A stretch of 35,829 bases of DNA, from the IMG/VR virus record IMGVR_UViG_3300046025_000024, positions 1-35,829 of that record. The stretch is one strand, 5' to 3'. Both the position numbers and the translations under genes were made by a program. Positions within the stretch are counted from its first letter, which is position 1. Each line of letters begins with the position of its first letter. Below are positions 8,006-17,842 of this stretch, piece after piece. A model generated the notes under the pieces. It had not been told where the DNA came from. It did not search any database and worked only from the letters and a program-made list of their open reading frames with translations. Source of the stretch: a virus. Its lineage: Duplodnaviria; Caudoviricetes.

Positions 8006-9301
8006 ATGCCAGTTTCAGTGGTCGACATCGACCTTACGGCAGAGATCGCGGCTCTCCCCCAGCCGACCTTCACCGACGTCGCCGTCATCGGGACGGCGAC
8101 CGCGGCGCCGCCGAACGCGGCGTTCGGTGAGGTCAACCGGTACGGGAGTGCCGCTGAAGTAGCGAACGACTACGGCGACGGCTCGGACGTCCACGAGTCC
8201 TCGAAGGAACTCGAGGGCCGGGGCGTCGAAGAGTGGATCGTCGTCGTCCTCGAGGCAGTGGAAGAGACCGAGACCGTCGACGACGGCGCGGCCGTCGCGA
8301 ACACGCCGGTCCTCGGTGACCCGGTCCCGACCGCCGCGGCTCGGGACGTCGTCTTCTCGACGAGCTCGCCGCCGGCGCAGCCGGACGCGGGCGAGGTCGC
8401 CATCAACACCGACACCGGTGAGGTGACGACCGACGACGGAACGAGCGCGGACATCACGTACTACCACGCGGACTGGACCCGCCTCGACCGCCTCGGAGAG
8501 GTCGGCGCCGACCGTCTCCACCGGGCGGACACGCAGGCCGGCCGGGAGCATATCGGAACGTACGACGAGCTCGTCACCTGGGCCGGCGGCAACCGCGCCG
8601 GCGTCGTCCTCCCCATCAAGGACGGGACGACCTTCGCCGACACCGACGCCGCGATGACCGCGGCGCACGAGATCGCGGGCTACGTCCCGAGCGGCGACGT
8701 GCTCGCGTCCATCGCGATGGAGTCGAGCGGCGACCCTGGCGGTGAGGTCCTCGGCCAGCTCGCGACGAACGACCCGTGGTTCGACCCGTTCTTCGACGGC
8801 GACGGCTACGGCTTCGCGAACGACTACTTCGAGGACGCGGTCGTCGGCGACCCGTCGACGGCGGAAACCTTCGAGGGCGGCGATGTCAACGGCGACGGGC
8901 CGGTGAACGTCGTCATCAACGTCGGCGGGACGACCGTCCTCTCGAACTCGGTGTCGACGGCGGGCGCCTCGAGCAACTACCAGTACTTCGACGTCTCGAT
9001 GACTGAGGCGTACGCGGCGGAGATCGTCGAGAACGCGCTGACCTCGCTGCGGCTGCGCGAGGACCGCGTCCCGTTCACGCAGGACGGGCGGACGATGATC
9101 TCGTCGACCATCAAGTCGGCCTTCGCCGGCGATGTCGGCGGCGCCGACGACCCGTTCGCCGAGGTCTCGGTGAACGTGCCGTCGATCGACCAGCTGACCG
9201 ACGACGAGAAGGCGAACCGCGTCTGGAGCGGGATCTCCATCGAGGGGACCCTCTCCGGGAACGTCCACGAGTTCGGTCTCGAGATGACCGTCACGGTGTA
9301 A
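8006..9301 (+). CDS. Contractile tail sheath protein
   Basis: 431 aa; C-terminal RVPFTQDGRTMI...KANRVWSGISIEGTLSGNVH typical of sheath proteins. Confidence 0.85.
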   Translation: MPVSVVDIDLTAEIAALPQPTFTDVAVIGTATAAPPNAAFGEVNRYGSAAEVANDYGDGSDVHESSKELEGRGVEEWIVVVLEAVEETETVDDGAAVANTPVLGDPVPTAAARDVVFSTSSPPAQPDAGEVAINTDTGEVTTDDGTSADITYYHADWTRLDRLGEVGADRLHRADTQAGREHIGTYDELVTWAGGNRAGVVLPIKDGTTFADTDAAMTAAHEIAGYVPSGDVLASIAMESSGDPGGEVLGQLATNDPWFDPFFDGDGYGFANDYFEDAVVGDPSTAETFEGGDVNGDGPVNVVINVGGTTVLSNSVSTAGASSNYQYFDVSMTEAYAAEIVENALTSLRLREDRVPFTQDGRTMISSTIKSAFAGDVGGADDPFAEVSVNVPSIDQLTDDEKANRVWSGISIEGTLSGNVHEFGLEMTVTV

Positions 9302-9318
9302 CAGGAGTGATCTAACAC

Positions 9319-9726
9319 ATGCCACAAACCAGAGACTTCGACGTTGACCAGATCTCCGTCTTCATCGACGGCGAGCGCGTCGCCGACCTCGACTCGGTCG
9401 GCTGGGACGACTCGGCCGACCACGATCACAACCGGACGATGGGCGACGACGGCAACGTCTGGGTCATCGTCGACGAAGAGGTTGAGGCGACCGTCGCGGT
9501 GAAGGCCGTCTCGCAATCGATCCCCCGCCTCGAGCGGGCGTACAAGAACGCGGAGACCGTCTCCTTCGCGGTCCAGTACGCGGACGCCGAGCCCCGCGTC
9601 GAGTCGAACTTCCTCGACGGGAAGTTCCTCGGCTTCGGGCCCGCCGACGACTACGAGAACGACTCGATGCCGATGTACGAGGGCTCGCTGCAGTTCGACC
9701 GCGTTGAGCACGAGTACGACGAGTGA
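9319..9726 (+). CDS. Tail tube protein
   Basis: 135 aa beta-rich protein directly after sheath. Confidence 0.8.
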   Translation: MPQTRDFDVDQISVFIDGERVADLDSVGWDDSADHDHNRTMGDDGNVWVIVDEEVEATVAVKAVSQSIPRLERAYKNAETVSFAVQYADAEPRVESNFLDGKFLGFGPADDYENDSMPMYEGSLQFDRVEHEYDE

Positions 9727-9742
9727 GACGTGAGAGGTGAAC

Positions 9743-10219
9743 ATGAGTTCGGATTCTACTGAGTCCGGTGACGACCAGCCGGACCCCGACAGTACTGACA
9801 CGGAAGCAGAAGCACAGGACGTCGAGGAGGAGCCGGTCGACCTGACGCAGGTCGACCCCGAAGAGATCGACCCCGAGGACCTCGAGAACCAGGAGTGGTC
9901 GCTCGGTGGCGAGGACACGGGCTACATCAAGTTCGGCGGGATGGTCTTCGAGGTCCAGGACCCCGAGGACGACGAGATCCTCAACCTCATCGTCGGCGCC
10001 GCGACCGGCGAAGGCGAAGCCGGGCAGATGGAGGGCAGCGACCGGATGTTCGCTCTCTGCGACAGCGCCGTGGTCTCGCCGGAGCTCACGCCGGAGCGCT
10101 GGCGGCAGATGAAGTCCGGCGAGCGAATCGGCCTCACGATGCGGATCGCTGAGTGGGCCGGCATCGACCAGATGATGGATTTTCCCGAAGGTGGGGAAGC
10201 TCCCCCGCAGGTCGAGTAA
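9743..10219 (+). CDS. Tail assembly chaperone (gpG-like)
   Basis: GAGGTGA before ATG 9743; lies between tube and tape measure. Confidence 0.75.
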   Translation: MSSDSTESGDDQPDPDSTDTEAEAQDVEEEPVDLTQVDPEEIDPEDLENQEWSLGGEDTGYIKFGGMVFEVQDPEDDEILNLIVGAATGEGEAGQMEGSDRMFALCDSAVVSPELTPERWRQMKSGERIGLTMRIAEWAGIDQMMDFPEGGEAPPQVE

Positions 10220-10479
10220 CGACTCGAATCCATCAGCAGACCGGGATTCCTCTCGAGGAAGTCGCGGAGTGGCCGTGGACCAAGCGGCTCTGGTACGCCG
10301 AGGCCTACGATGCCATCGAACCAGACCAGTCCGAGCTCGGCGGTGGCGTCGGCGGGCTCGAAGAACTCGGCGTCGATCCCGGCGACGTCCCGGGCGACGT
10401 CCCCACCTCGTTCGGTTCGAGCGGAAAGGGCGTCACGCGGGGCGTCTCGAAGCACGACAACGTCCTCTCGGTGAACTAA
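10177..10479 (+). CDS. gpT-like extension reached by -1 frameshift
   Basis: -1 frame open to TAA 10479 with no ATG after the overlap; slippery G GAT TTT at 10177-10183. Confidence 0.7.
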   Translation, partial: GFSRRWGSSPAGRVTTRIHQQTGIPLEEVAEWPWTKRLWYAEAYDAIEPDQSELGGGVGGLEELGVDPGDVPGDVPTSFGSSGKGVTRGVSKHDNVLSVN

Positions 10480-10480
10480 C

Positions 10481-13400
10481 ATGGTAGGTTTCAGCGGTAA
10501 CGTCCGACGGATAGCAACAGTACTGACAGCGTCCGATCGGGCGTCCGGAGACCTTCAGAGAGCTGAAAGCGCCGGCGACGACGTGGCCGAGTCGATGGGG
10601 GCCGCGGAGCGCCGAGCGCGCGGCCTCCGGACTGGGTTCCTGGCGGCCGCCGGCGGCGCCGCGGTGATCGCCGGCGGGCTCGCAGTGCTCTCCCGGCAGC
10701 ACGGTCAGACCGAGCAGACGATGGCTCGGCTCGCGACCGTCTCCGGGGCGACCGACCAGGAGATGCAGAAGCTCCGGGACACCGCGATGACCCTCGGGAA
10801 GGAGCTCCCGATCGCGATGTCCGACGCCGCGAACGCGATGGAGCAGCTCGCGTTCGCCGGGTTCGAGGCAGAGGAAGCGATGAACGCGGCGGCCGGCGTC
10901 GCCGACCTCGCCGTCGCCTCAAACATGAACATGGCGCAGTCGGCGCGGTCGACCGCGTCGGCGCTGCGGATGTTCGGTCTCGAGGCCGACCAGACCGTCC
11001 AGGTCACGAGCGCGATGGCGGCGACCTTCTCGAACTCCGCGACGACGATCACCGAGCTCTCGAACGCACTCGAGTACGTCGGTGCGACCGCGACGTCGGC
11101 GGGCGTCTCCCTCCAAGAGATCTCCGCCGCCGTCGGCGTCCTCGCGGACCGCGGGATCCGTGCATCGCGGGCCGGGACTGCGCTCAACACCACGCTCCAA
11201 CGAATCGTCGCGGGGAGCGGCCAGGCGTCGAGCGCGCTCGACCGGCTCAACCTCTCGATCGACGACCTGACCAACGCCGAGGGACAGATCGGGAGTCTGG
11301 GTGAGGTCCTCGGGGCGATCGGCGACCGGATGGAGAACCTCGAGTCGGACGCCGAGCGGATGCAGGTCGCGACCGAGCTCGCCGGCCGGCGGGGCGCCCG
11401 CGCACTCCTCCCGCTGATCGAGAGCCAGGAGGACCTCAACGAGAAGATGGGCGACATCTTCCGGTCCGAGATCCGCTCGTCGATCGGCGAGCTGGCACGG
11501 CTCTCCCAGGAGGAGATCGGCGCCGTCCAGGAGGCGCTCGGCGGGATGGAGATCGACCGCGAGGACGTCACGCCGAAGGACATCATCCGCGGGCTCGAGG
11601 AGATGCACGAAGCCGGGACGGGCGTCGAGGAGATGGCGACCCGGCTCTCGACAGCGCTCGGGATATCCCAGCGCGCAGCAACATCCCTCGCCGAGGACGT
11701 CGCGGACTCGAGCGTCTCCGCCGACCAGCTCGCCGAGTCGATCGGCGGCGCGACCACGGCCTCGGAGATCGCCGCCTCCCAGATGGACACGACCGCCGGC
11801 GCGGTCAAGTTCCTGAAGAGCTCGTTCGACGCGATGACGTTCACCATCTTCACCGGTGCGGCGCCGGCGATCGAGTGGTTCAACGAGAAGCTCGCGACCG
11901 GGATCAACGTCCTCAACGAGAACGAGGCAGCGATGAAAGCGGTCGGGGGCGCACTCGCTGGCCTGGTCGGCGTCCTCTCCCTCGTCGCCGTGCTCTTCGG
12001 AGCGGCGTACATCCAGGCGTCCGTCATTCCGGCCGTCATGGGCGTCGTGAATGGTTCGTTCCTCGCCGGCGCCGCGAGTGCAACCACACTCACCGGCGCG
12101 CTCTCCGCGCTGCTCGCACCCCTTGCGGCCGTCGCTGCGCCAGCGCTCGCGATCGTCGCCGCCGTTGGCCTCCTAGTCGGGGCGTTCTTCGTCCTGCGAG
12201 ACGTCATCGAGAAGGACATCCTCGACGTCGGGAGCGACCTCGCCGTCCTCATGGAACGGTTCGGCGCGGTCATCGACTTCCTGAAACCGACGATCGACCC
12301 GCTCATCGGCATTCTCGTCGAGCTCGGAAAGATCCTGCTGGCCGTCGCTGCGGCGCCGATAGTCCTCCAGGTCATGGCGATCATCAAGGGACTGAAGCTC
12401 CTGACCGACGTCGCGATCTGGACGTACGAGGCGATCGCCGGGCTCATCAACGGGACGATGACCCTCGAGGAGGTCATGAAGTCGGCCGCCTCGGGGATCT
12501 ACTCGTTCTTCGCGGGCATCGGCGACTCGATCCTCAGCTTCATCGCCGGCGTCGACTGGGCTGAGATCGGGATGATGGCGATGAAGGCGCTGGCCCTCGG
12601 GCTCGTTTACTCTATCGCCGGCATCCCGGGCGTCCTCGTCGCGCTCTTCTGGGACGAGCTCGTCGCCGCGTTCCAGGGCGTCGACTGGATGAACCTCGGC
12701 GTCTCTGTCATCCAGGCGCTCATGTACGGGATGGTGTTCGCCGTCGCCGGGATCCCCGGCGTCCTCATCGTCCTGTTCCGCGACGAGATCATCTCGGCGC
12801 TCCAGGGCCTCGGCGACTACCTCTACGATGCCGGCGTCTCCCTGCTCGAGACGCTCGTCGAAGGGATCGCCGCGTCGCCCGGCATCCTGAAGGACGCGCT
12901 CTGGTCGGCGTTCGCTGGGATGGTTCCCCTCCTCCCGGCGAGTGACGCAGCTGAAGGACCGCTCTCGCGGCTGACCGACGCCGGGAAGGCGATTCCGGAG
13001 ACGCTCGCGAAGGGCATCAAGGCGCTCCCAGGGGTTCTCGTCGGCGCAGTGAAAGCCGTGCTCTTCGGGATTCCTGCAGCGATCGGCGGCGCCGCGCTTA
13101 ACATCGGGATGTCGATCGGGAAGAAAATCGGCGGCGCGATCGCGGACGGCCTGAAGGGGATGGCCGGCGCTGTCGCTGGCGCAGCGAAAGGCGTCGGCGG
13201 CGCAGCGAAGGACGCCATCTCCGGAGCGGCCGACTTCGCGACGTCCCCCGAGAAGTGGCAGCAGTCCGGGAAGGCGCTCGTCGATACGGTCGCGTCCGGC
13301 GCCGAGTCCGCATCGGGCTCGATCAAGGGCGCGGTCGAGGGCGCCGCCGACAAGGCGAGCTCCGTCCTCCCGTTCTCGAACGCGGAGGAGGGCCCGTTCT

Positions 13401-13765
13401 CGAACCTCGTCGAGCGCGGTCAGGCACTCGTCTCGACCGTCGCGAAGGGCGTCGAGGGCGAGGACTCGACGCTCCAGGACACCCTCGCAGGTGTTGCTGA
13501 GGGCACTCCGCTCGGGCAGGCCGCGTCGACGCTCGTCGGCGCCATCGGCGGCTCGGGCGGACCGGCTGCAGCACTCGGTGGCGGTCCCGCTGCCGGCGGC
13601 TCCGGTCGGCCGATCGAGATCGTCCTCGAGCAGACCAACCAGTTCGGCGACGTCGGGGATCGCGAAGAGATTCGTCGGATGGTCGAAGAGGCGACCCGCT
13701 CTGGCGGCGAGAACGCGCTCGCCGAGCTTGAGCTGCTCCTGAAACAGACGCTCTCGGAGGCTTAG
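10481..13765 (+). CDS. Tape measure protein (TP901-type core)
   Basis: 1094 aa, A/G-rich, LADRGIRASRAGTAL core, hydrophobic middle, spaced Trp repeats. Confidence 0.95.
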   Translation: MVGFSGNVRRIATVLTASDRASGDLQRAESAGDDVAESMGAAERRARGLRTGFLAAAGGAAVIAGGLAVLSRQHGQTEQTMARLATVSGATDQEMQKLRDTAMTLGKELPIAMSDAANAMEQLAFAGFEAEEAMNAAAGVADLAVASNMNMAQSARSTASALRMFGLEADQTVQVTSAMAATFSNSATTITELSNALEYVGATATSAGVSLQEISAAVGVLADRGIRASRAGTALNTTLQRIVAGSGQASSALDRLNLSIDDLTNAEGQIGSLGEVLGAIGDRMENLESDAERMQVATELAGRRGARALLPLIESQEDLNEKMGDIFRSEIRSSIGELARLSQEEIGAVQEALGGMEIDREDVTPKDIIRGLEEMHEAGTGVEEMATRLSTALGISQRAATSLAEDVADSSVSADQLAESIGGATTASEIAASQMDTTAGAVKFLKSSFDAMTFTIFTGAAPAIEWFNEKLATGINVLNENEAAMKAVGGALAGLVGVLSLVAVLFGAAYIQASVIPAVMGVVNGSFLAGAASATTLTGALSALLAPLAAVAAPALAIVAAVGLLVGAFFVLRDVIEKDILDVGSDLAVLMERFGAVIDFLKPTIDPLIGILVELGKILLAVAAAPIVLQVMAIIKGLKLLTDVAIWTYEAIAGLINGTMTLEEVMKSAASGIYSFFAGIGDSILSFIAGVDWAEIGMMAMKALALGLVYSIAGIPGVLVALFWDELVAAFQGVDWMNLGVSVIQALMYGMVFAVAGIPGVLIVLFRDEIISALQGLGDYLYDAGVSLLETLVEGIAASPGILKDALWSAFAGMVPLLPASDAAEGPLSRLTDAGKAIPETLAKGIKALPGVLVGAVKAVLFGIPAAIGGAALNIGMSIGKKIGGAIADGLKGMAGAVAGAAKGVGGAAKDAISGAADFATSPEKWQQSGKALVDTVASGAESASGSIKGAVEGAADKASSVLPFSNAEEGPFSNLVERGQALVSTVAKGVEGEDSTLQDTLAGVAEGTPLGQAASTLVGAIGGSGGPAAALGGGPAAGGSGRPIEIVLEQTNQFGDVGDREEIRRMVEEATRSGGENALAELELLLKQTLSEA

Positions 13766-13769
13766 ACTC

Positions 13770-14333
13770 ATGGCACTACAAGGAACACAAGGACCGTCCG
13801 GCAGAACACCGGACCGAGTAACGATCGGCGACGTCGTCCTCTCCGGCGTAACCCGGGTTGAGGGCGGCGGCGGCTGGAACGCGCCATCGAAGACAGCTGA
13901 AGAGGGCTTCTCGTACGACTCGTACGTCGATACGGAGCCCCTCTCAGCGTCCATCGAGGCGTGGGTCGACGATGCAGAGCTCCGACGCCTCAAGGCGCTC
14001 CGGGACTCGACCGAACCATTCCCCGCGTCGGTCGACCACGTCTCCCTCTCGCTGGCGAAGCTCGAAGACCTCTCGGTCGAACGGGAGGGGCGGATCAACT
14101 CCCACCGGAAGGTGAGCCTTGAGCTCGCCGAGGTCCGCGAGGCCGCGGTCGGGACCGCGGAGGTATCGATCGACACGCCGAGCGGAAGCATGGGGACTGC
14201 GGCGTCGGACACGTCGCCGTCAGTCGCCTACCCGCAGGACGATGATACGGCGACGACCGATTCGACGACCAACAGTAACGGCGTCGCGAGCTTCCTCGGC
14301 GACGTCCGCGACGGCCTCGCGGGGATCTTCTGA
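13770..14333 (+). CDS. Tube initiator / baseplate protein
   Basis: Follows tape measure; AEEGFSYDSYVDTEPL pattern. Confidence 0.6.
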   Translation: MALQGTQGPSGRTPDRVTIGDVVLSGVTRVEGGGGWNAPSKTAEEGFSYDSYVDTEPLSASIEAWVDDAELRRLKALRDSTEPFPASVDHVSLSLAKLEDLSVEREGRINSHRKVSLELAEVREAAVGTAEVSIDTPSGSMGTAASDTSPSVAYPQDDDTATTDSTTNSNGVASFLGDVRDGLAGIF

Positions 14334-14680
14334 TGGGCGAGATTATCCCGATCCCGAGCGACCGAGCCTCGGACCGTCGGCCGATCAACCTCGAATTCAC
14401 GCCGCGCGCGTTCCCCGGGCAACGGTTCGCCTGTCGACTCGACTACAACGGCGCCTCAGAGCGTTGGGTCGTCGACTTCGAGCACGTCTCCCGAGGCTAC
14501 CGGATCACGAAGGGGGTCGCGACACCGGGCCGGCCGTACGAGTACCTCCCGTATCTGGTCTTCTACTTCATGGATCCGTCCGGGGTGTCCACGGAGATTA
14601 CGCCGGAGAGCCTCGGCGACGAAGTTCAGCTCTTCGTCGTCCCCGGAGAGTTCGGAAAGGAACCGGGTGACGATACATGA
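14333..14680 (+). CDS. Small baseplate (plug-like) protein
   Basis: LDYNGASERWVVDF pattern, synteny. Confidence 0.6.
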   Translation: MGEIIPIPSDRASDRRPINLEFTPRAFPGQRFACRLDYNGASERWVVDFEHVSRGYRITKGVATPGRPYEYLPYLVFYFMDPSGVSTEITPESLGDEVQLFVVPGEFGKEPGDDT

Positions 14681-15546
14681 CGCGCGTCTGGACGCAGGTT
14701 CGGTCGGTCGAGGCCGGGGAAGTCGACCTCTCCGAGCTCGCGCTCGACGTCACCGTACGGAAGCCGAAAAAGGACCCGCTCGAGTTCGACGTCCGGACCT
14801 GGAACCTCACCGACGAAACCTGGAGTCAGATCGAGGAGGGCGACCTCGTTCGGATCGAGCTCGGGTGGGCCGAGGCCGACGTCGAAACGGTCTGCCTCGG
14901 GAAGATCGAGCACGCGAAACCGAAGCGCGACGGTCGCGACACCCAGTACCGGCTCAAGGGCGTCGACGAGTCCGAGGCGGCGACGAAGGCACGGATCGCC
15001 GACACCTGGCGGAACCGCCGGCCGGACCAGATCGCCGCGGATATCGCCTCGGAGATCGGCCTCTCCCCGGTGACGGAGCCGGCCGGCGGGCCGATCGCTG
15101 GGTCGTGGTCGGCGACGCGCGACCAGAAGGCGCGGGCGTGGCTCGACGAGCTGCTCGACTACGCCGCCGAACGGACCGGCGAGGCGTGGGAGTGGTTCGC
15201 CGAGCGCGGCCGGCTTCACTTCGTCCCGAAGTCGGCGGAGACGATTGAGGCGCCGCGGCTCTCGTACGAGAACACGCTGCTCTCCCTGAATGAGAAGTCG
15301 TCTGACGAGGACGAGGCCGACGGCGCGCTCGAGTTCACCGCGATGCTCGAGCCGGCGATCCGGAAGGGCGCGGCTGCCGTCGTCGAGACCGACCGCTTCG
15401 AGGGCGCTTACCGCGTCAACGAGTACGAGTTCAAGTCGTCGACCGACTCGGGCGAGCACCTCGTCCGGGGGACGATCACGCCGGTCGAGGCAGATTACTC
15501 GATCGGGCCGTCTACGTACGGCAGCGGTCCCGTGGGGGTGCGCTGA
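14677..15546 (+). CDS. Baseplate hub protein
   Basis: TWNL...RIELGW pattern, 289 aa, synteny. Confidence 0.75.
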   Translation: MTRVWTQVRSVEAGEVDLSELALDVTVRKPKKDPLEFDVRTWNLTDETWSQIEEGDLVRIELGWAEADVETVCLGKIEHAKPKRDGRDTQYRLKGVDESEAATKARIADTWRNRRPDQIAADIASEIGLSPVTEPAGGPIAGSWSATRDQKARAWLDELLDYAAERTGEAWEWFAERGRLHFVPKSAETIEAPRLSYENTLLSLNEKSSDEDEADGALEFTAMLEPAIRKGAAAVVETDRFEGAYRVNEYEFKSSTDSGEHLVRGTITPVEADYSIGPSTYGSGPVGVR

Positions 15547-15548
15547 CG

Positions 15549-16217
15549 ATGTCAGCCGAGGACGCTCCCGAAGGCGAGTCGCTCAACATCGTCTCGACGC
15601 TCCGCGAGTTCGTCGACGAAGAGCTCCGCGGGATCTACACCGCGTCGACGGTCATCGTCGAGGCCGTCGACGAGGGGACGCGGCGAGCGGAGGTCTCCCT
15701 CAAAGCCGACCGAAAGGTCATCGTCGACGACGTCCCGATCGCCTCGCCGTTCGCGACCGACGGCGCCGGGATGATCGTCCCGGTCGGCGAGGGTGACGAG
15801 GGGCTCGTCGTCCACGCTCGCGAGCCGCTCGAGAAGCAGCTCGCCGAGTCGGGGCACGTCCCGCCGGACGGGGAGCGCCGCTTCACGCTCGAGGCGGCGG
15901 TCCTCCTGCCGATGATCTGGGTCGACGATATGAACGTGCCCGACCACGAAGCCGGGGAGTTCCAGGTCGCCGTCCAGGAGGACGGCTCGATCCTCCGGAT
16001 GCTCCCCGACGGGCGCGTCCGGATCGAGCACTCGAGCGGGAACGTCGTCGCGATGGCCGCCGACGGCTCGGTGACGATCGGCGACGAGGCGACGGCGAAG
16101 GCGGTCCTCAACGAGAACGCGACGATCGAGTACGAAGACACCCAGCCGGACGGCTCGACGTCGACGAAGACGGCGACGATCACCGACCCCGGGAGTAACG
16201 ACCTTGATACATCATGA
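15549..16217 (+). CDS. Baseplate spike (gpV / Gp138-like)
   Basis: DVPIASP...PVGEGDEGLVV OB-fold motif followed by beta-repeats. Confidence 0.8.
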   Translation: MSAEDAPEGESLNIVSTLREFVDEELRGIYTASTVIVEAVDEGTRRAEVSLKADRKVIVDDVPIASPFATDGAGMIVPVGEGDEGLVVHAREPLEKQLAESGHVPPDGERRFTLEAAVLLPMIWVDDMNVPDHEAGEFQVAVQEDGSILRMLPDGRVRIEHSSGNVVAMAADGSVTIGDEATAKAVLNENATIEYEDTQPDGSTSTKTATITDPGSNDLDTS

Positions 16218-16576
16218 ACTACAAGCGAACACTACGAGTCGATTCGGAGGGCGACATCGCCACTCCGAACAAGAAGGCCGAGTTCCTCGACGGCGCGAAG
16301 GGCGCCGTCCAAGAGCTCAAGATCCTGCTGTCGACGATCCGCGGCGAAGATCCCTTCGCGCCGGAGCACGGGCTCCGGCTCTTCGAGACCGTCGGAACCT
16401 CCGACGCGATCCTTGAGCGAGAGATCCGAACCGCGCTCCAGGGCGACGATCGCGTCAAGTCGGTCGACGACGTCGAGATCGACCGAGACTCCCCGGAAGC
16501 GCGCGTCGCGGACGTCACAGTCACGGTAACGCTCGTCGAACAGGACCAGATCCAGTTCTCCGCGGAGATGGGATAG
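16214..16576 (+). CDS. Baseplate wedge / sheath initiator (gp25, gpW-like)
   Basis: TIRGEDPFAPEHGL and DDRVKSV motifs. Confidence 0.85.
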   Translation: MNYKRTLRVDSEGDIATPNKKAEFLDGAKGAVQELKILLSTIRGEDPFAPEHGLRLFETVGTSDAILEREIRTALQGDDRVKSVDDVEIDRDSPEARVADVTVTVTLVEQDQIQFSAEMG

Positions 16577-17839
16577 ATGGCGAGTGAGTATGGCGTTCAA
16601 GGCGACGGGACGTTCCGTCGGAAGCACGTCGACCGGATCCGCGAGGACGTCAAGCGCGTTTTCAAGAACCGGCTCGGTGAGGACATCGAGCTCCGGCCAA
16701 ACTCGCCGCTGACGCAGATCATCGACGCCGCGGCGGTCGAGATCGCGCGCCAGTGGCAGGCCGCTGAAGACGCATACTACGCGTCGTTCTACCAGGACGC
16801 AGAGGGCGAAGAACTCGACAAGCACCTCGCGCTCGCCGGCTACCAACGGAAGCGGCTTCGCTCGGCGACCGGCGAGGTCCAGTTCTCCCGATCGGACCCG
16901 GCGCCGGACGATATCACGATCCCCGAGGGGACGGTCGTCACGACCGAGCGGACCGAGACCCGGCCGCGCATCCCCTTCGAGATAACCGCCGACACCGAGA
17001 TCGCCACGGGTGAGACGTTGACGACCGTCGAGGTCGAGGCGCTGAAACCGTGGCAGACGGAGCTCGGAATCGAGTGGCTCGGCGAAGAGACGAACGTCGC
17101 TGCCGACACGATCGTCCGCTTCGACTCCCCGATCTCCGGCGTCGACGCGGTCACGAACCCGAACCCGACCGGCGACACGTCGCTCGGGTACACCGAGGGC
17201 CGGGACCGCGAGACCGACCCAGAGTTCCGCCTCCGGTACGAGAACACGCTCGCCGAGGGTGGCGTCTCAACCGTCAACGGAATCCGAGCGTCGGTCCTCA
17301 ACGAGTCCGACGACATCGTCTCGGCGAAAGTCGACGAAGTCCGGAACTCCGAGGCTGGCGACTACGGCGTCGAGGTGACGGTCCTCGCGCCGGGCGTCGC
17401 CGACGACACGATCGGCCAGGTGATTGTGGAGTCACGAGCTGGCGGCGTCGACTCCTTCGGCTCGACGACCGTCACGGTCCAGACCGACGACGGCGAGCCG
17501 AAGGACGAGTCGTTCAACCGCGCGACCGAGGCCGACGTGTACGTCGATATCGACCTGACGACGTCAGACACATTCCCTGACGACGGCCAGACCCGGATTG
17601 AGGACAAGCTCATCCGGTACATCGGCGGAGAGGCCTCGGACGGGATCACCTATCCCGGGCTTGAGATCGGCGAGGACGTCATCTTCGACCAAGTGTTCCG
17701 CCGCGTGATGGAGATTCAGGGCGTCATCGAGGCCGACGTCTACATCGACACGGCCGACGACCCGAACTCCCAGACAAACATTGCGATCGCGACCGACGAG
17801 GCCGCGATAACCGACGCGGCGAACATCGACTTCCTCTAA
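16577..17839 (+). CDS. Baseplate J / Mu gp47-like protein
   Basis: AEGEELD, ATGEVQF, IPEGTVV, GRDRETDPEFRLR motifs. Confidence 0.93.
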   Translation: MASEYGVQGDGTFRRKHVDRIREDVKRVFKNRLGEDIELRPNSPLTQIIDAAAVEIARQWQAAEDAYYASFYQDAEGEELDKHLALAGYQRKRLRSATGEVQFSRSDPAPDDITIPEGTVVTTERTETRPRIPFEITADTEIATGETLTTVEVEALKPWQTELGIEWLGEETNVAADTIVRFDSPISGVDAVTNPNPTGDTSLGYTEGRDRETDPEFRLRYENTLAEGGVSTVNGIRASVLNESDDIVSAKVDEVRNSEAGDYGVEVTVLAPGVADDTIGQVIVESRAGGVDSFGSTTVTVQTDDGEPKDESFNRATEADVYVDIDLTTSDTFPDDGQTRIEDKLIRYIGGEASDGITYPGLEIGEDVIFDQVFRRVMEIQGVIEADVYIDTADDPNSQTNIAIATDEAAITDAANIDFL

Positions 17840-17842
17840 GCC

